In this document: positions 22,999-25,709 of the stretch, one piece after another | How positions within the stretch are numbered: position 1 is the first letter of the stretch | How the letters are laid out: each line of letters begins with the position of its first letter | Origin: a virus | Taxonomy: Duplodnaviria > Caudoviricetes | Reading direction: 5' to 3' (one strand) | Virus record (IMG/VR): IMGVR_UViG_3300037350_000015 | Location: 1 to 25,709 of that record | Length of the DNA stretch: 25,709 bases | Made by a program: the position numbers and the translations under genes | The notes under the pieces: model-generated | What the model saw: only the letters and a program-made list of their open reading frames with translations | Database searches by the model: none | What the model was told of the DNA's origin: nothing

Positions 22999-23562
22999 TT
23001 GCGTTTTCGACTACCGATGCTGGATCGCCGAAGCGGCAGCTTTGCCCGCCGCATAACCCCGCGATCGCCAGGAAACTGTATGTTCTCAAACGTCGGCATG
23101 TCGGGCTCCCCGAATGCGCAGAAGCTGCCCCCGCAACCGGGCCAGCCCACCACCCACCAGTTGGGTCCCTTCCGTTCCGTCCTCGGCCCGACGATGTCGA
23201 CCTCCCTGAAGGGCGTCGTGCCGGCCGAGTTGTTCGTCGGCCTGCTCTACCGCGCGCCCAACCTGGACGGCGTCGACTGGATCGAGGTCTCGGAGCGCGG
23301 CTACGGCCGCCAGCGGATCGCGATGACGCAGGGCGGCTCGATGTACCTCGTCAACGCCAACCCGGTGAAGTTCGCGTGGGGCGAATTCGTCAGCGGCGTG
23401 ACGCACGTGGGTCTGTTCACGGCCGAGGGCGAGCTTGCCTTCTACGGCCCGATGATCGGCGTCGGTCTCGGCCACGCCGCGCCCAACGAATTCGAGTTCG
23501 TGGCCTCGTCGCTGCGCTGCAAGGCGCAGAACGTCAAGCTGGCGATCCCGGAACCCGCCTGA
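22999..23562 (+). CDS. hypothetical protein resembling a small virion/tail-associated domain; true start probably downstream (23080-23194)
   Basis: LFVGLL...EVSERGYGRQ...N...VKF...VTHVGLF...FYG pattern, recalled from phage tail-associated proteins. The 5' part of the ORF has poorer codon bias. Confidence 0.55.
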   Translation: MRFRLPMLDRRSGSFARRITPRSPGNCMFSNVGMSGSPNAQKLPPQPGQPTTHQLGPFRSVLGPTMSTSLKGVVPAELFVGLLYRAPNLDGVDWIEVSERGYGRQRIAMTQGGSMYLVNANPVKFAWGEFVSGVTHVGLFTAEGELAFYGPMIGVGLGHAAPNEFEFVASSLRCKAQNVKLAIPEPA

Positions 23563-23786
23563 ACGGCATATTCTACGACGTAAAGGCATAAAACGCCCGA
23601 AACGGTCGGGAAACAGTGCAAAAAGGGTCCATGGGGCCTAAAAATAGGGCTCCATCGGTAAGAAATGGCCGTTTGGAGCCCAAATTTTTTGTAAAATCGG
23701 GCGGAAGGCTAGAACACAAGCGGAACAACCCGAAAATGCCGACCGGGCGGCGACCGCCGGTGTGACTCGACGTCGACGCGGCCGTT

Positions 23787-24437
23787 TCAGCTACCGACCG
23801 GGAAGATTCCCCCGCCGCGCACCTCGTAGCCCGGCTCCGGCGTCCACTTCATGCGCCCGTCCAGCCGCATCGCGCCATAGCGGACGGGAAAGCCGCGCCG
23901 GGGATCGTAGGGCGCGGGATCGCCGCCGGCGCCGACGCTCACCTCGACGAGGCCGGCGTCTGAGGTCTGGACCAGCAGCGTCGCGTGGCCCAGCGTTGGC
24001 GCGGTCGTCATGACCTCCAGCCACATGAAGCCGCCGCCGACGCCGGCCGCGTGCAGCCTTTCCGACAGGGCGAGCGCATAGTCTTCGCAGTCGCCGCACA
24101 CCGCGCCGGCGCGCCACAGATCGGGCACGCCGTACTCGACATAGTCGCTGCGGTACTCGAACACAGCGCGCAGCGCCTGATCGGCCGCCTTGACCGTCGC
24201 CAGGGTCGGCATTCCGCCCGCACCGCCCTGGCAGAGGACGGTGTGAGGCTGGGAGCGACACATTTCCTTGAATCCGGAGACGTCCAGGCCCGAGATCACC
24301 GGTCCCGGCGGGTTACGCGCCTCTTCGGCTGCCCGCGCGGCTTGAATCCGCGTCAACGGCGGGCAAGTGGGCTCTCCGCCGGCCGGAGTCGCATAAAAGA
24401 GGGTGATCGCGGCGATCGCGGCAGCCAAGAGACGCAT
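23787..24437 (-). CDS. exported transglutaminase-like cysteine protease (BTLCP/LapG-like)
   Basis: Signal peptide MRLLAAAIAAITLFYATPAGG; YRSDYVEYGVPDLW, GDCEDYAL (catalytic Cys) and GHATLLV (His). Confidence 0.8.
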   Translation of the reverse strand: MRLLAAAIAAITLFYATPAGGEPTCPPLTRIQAARAAEEARNPPGPVISGLDVSGFKEMCRSQPHTVLCQGGAGGMPTLATVKAADQALRAVFEYRSDYVEYGVPDLWRAGAVCGDCEDYALALSERLHAAGVGGGFMWLEVMTTAPTLGHATLLVQTSDAGLVEVSVGAGGDPAPYDPRRGFPVRYGAMRLDGRMKWTPEPGYEVRGGGIFPVGS

Positions 24438-24482
24438 TTGACGGCATTCCATACTCGAATGCCGTGGATTCTGTCATTCGCG

Positions 24483-24599
24483 TTAACCATGCGCAAGAAA
24501 ATACGACCTGCGACCCCTTGACATCACGAAATTGTTGTCTAGGGCGGCGATCCGTGCCAGGATTTGCGTCAATCGCGCTCCGCGATCGAGTATCCGCCC
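24483..24599. promoter_or_regulatory. divergent promoter region between the two protease genes
   Basis: TTAACCAT (CtrA half-site-type) at 24483; TTGACA at 24518 (+); TTGACG on the minus strand at 24567-24572. Confidence 0.4.
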
Positions 24600-25418
24600 A
24601 TGTTTCGCTTTTTCGCCGGCCTGCTGGCTGGAGTCACCCTTCTCCTCACCCCTGCCTTCTGCTCGGCGCCGCAGCCGACGCCCATCCGGTACGACGGAGG
24701 CGCGCCGCGCCTCGAAGTCGCTCACGCGACCAACACCCGCAACGACTACTTCATCAACCTCGACACGGTGAAGAAGGTGGTCTGCCTGAGCTTCCCGGCC
24801 GGCGTCTCCATCGAGAGCGACCCGGAGAAGCTGACCGAGGCGCAGATCAGGCAGGTCCACGAGGGCTCCGGGTCCGGCACGGTGATCGCCAAGAACCGCG
24901 TGCTCACCGCCCACCACGTGATCGCCGGCATGTCGGCCTGCCTGATCGACGGCCGGCTCGCCAAGCCGGTCTACGATGACGCCGATCTCGACATGACGGT
25001 CCTGGAGGTCCCGCTGGGCGATACGGCCGTCGCGCAGACTTCCTGCGACGGTTTCGACAAGTCACGTCCCTACTTCATGATCGGTTACGCCTGGAGCCGG
25101 GACTTCGCCTTGCAGCATTCGACGTTCACGGGTGTCTATGATGACATCATGGCCGGCGAAGGAGACGGCACGAACGAACATCTGCTCAGGCACATCGCCG
25201 AATTCAACGGCGCCGTCTTCCCCGGCATGTCCGGCGGCCCGGTCATCGGGACGGACGGTCGCGTCTACGGGCTGATCAACGCCGGCGACGAACATCAAGC
25301 AGCCTTCCGGGACCTGAAGGACACACCGCTCTGCGCGGCCCTGGCCGTTCAGCCTCCGCCGCATCTGATCTTCCTGGACCCAGCGCTACTGCCGCCGATC
25401 CCCACCGCCAAGCCCTGA
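24600..25418 (+). CDS. exported trypsin-like (S1) serine protease, 272 aa
   Basis: Signal peptide MFRFFAGLLAGVTLLLTPAFC; GSGSGTVI, VLTAHHV (His), DMTVL (Asp) and FPGMSGGP (Ser). Confidence 0.9.
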   Translation: MFRFFAGLLAGVTLLLTPAFCSAPQPTPIRYDGGAPRLEVAHATNTRNDYFINLDTVKKVVCLSFPAGVSIESDPEKLTEAQIRQVHEGSGSGTVIAKNRVLTAHHVIAGMSACLIDGRLAKPVYDDADLDMTVLEVPLGDTAVAQTSCDGFDKSRPYFMIGYAWSRDFALQHSTFTGVYDDIMAGEGDGTNEHLLRHIAEFNGAVFPGMSGGPVIGTDGRVYGLINAGDEHQAAFRDLKDTPLCAALAVQPPPHLIFLDPALLPPIPTAKP

Positions 25419-25709
25419 ACGACAACGGCCCGCCGGACTGGAGAGAACGGCGGGCCGCGTAGCTTCAAAACTTGGTCTAGTGCGCTGCTTCCGCCGACCC
25501 GACTGTGGGTTCGTTGATCAGTGCGGCGGCGGACCCGACATCCCGTCGGGTGGTGGTGGTCTACATGACGCCCTCCCACTCCTTCCATTTTCAAGGCTGC
25601 CTCGGCGGCCGTTGAGCAATTCAAGCTACGCGCCGTAAATCCTGGCGTCAAGCCCCCTGATTGCCAGCCACAACGGCACGCGGGGCTGTTAATCTTGACA
25701 TCCATCGGG

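Noticed and set aside
25419-25709. tRNA, ncRNA or CDS (25349..25705 minus) at the right end
   Set aside because: No cloverleaf or T-loop motif, and the ORF lacks codon bias. Only a GC hairpin (~25425-25460) and a TTGACA near the window end are visible.

Overview
GC-rich phage DNA, most likely from a large Caulobacter/Alphaproteobacteria phage of the phiCbK-like type (inferred from gene content and CtrA/GANTC motifs; no database search was run). There are four parts. (1) 1-4374: the end of a RuvC-like resolvase gene, two hypothetical genes, terminase small subunit, and terminase large subunit carrying an atypical Pro-initiated intein in its Walker A motif. (2) ~4375-6100: an almost non-coding control region packed with distinct repeat families: 7x GGGACCC-N4-GRATTCA, 28-bp GAGTCA-N16-TGACTC dyads, 36-bp GANTC-containing tandem repeats, phased CGTTAAGGTTAA boxes and an IHF consensus. 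(3) ~6130-22700: about 38 small genes in about 24 expression units. Each unit is driven by a copy of one 32-bp promoter, (T/G)T(T/A)A-N7-TTAA-N11-TAnnnT, i.e. a CtrA-type box over the -35 region. Units are often separated by a GC hairpin plus phased TTAACCTTAA/TTAAGGTTAA boxes. This is probably the early, first-injected terminal-repeat region. (4) 22700-25709: an AT-rich spacer, a possible virion-associated gene, and a divergent pair of exported proteases (BTLCP/LapG-like cysteine protease and trypsin-like serine protease). No tRNA, rRNA or CRISPR array was found.
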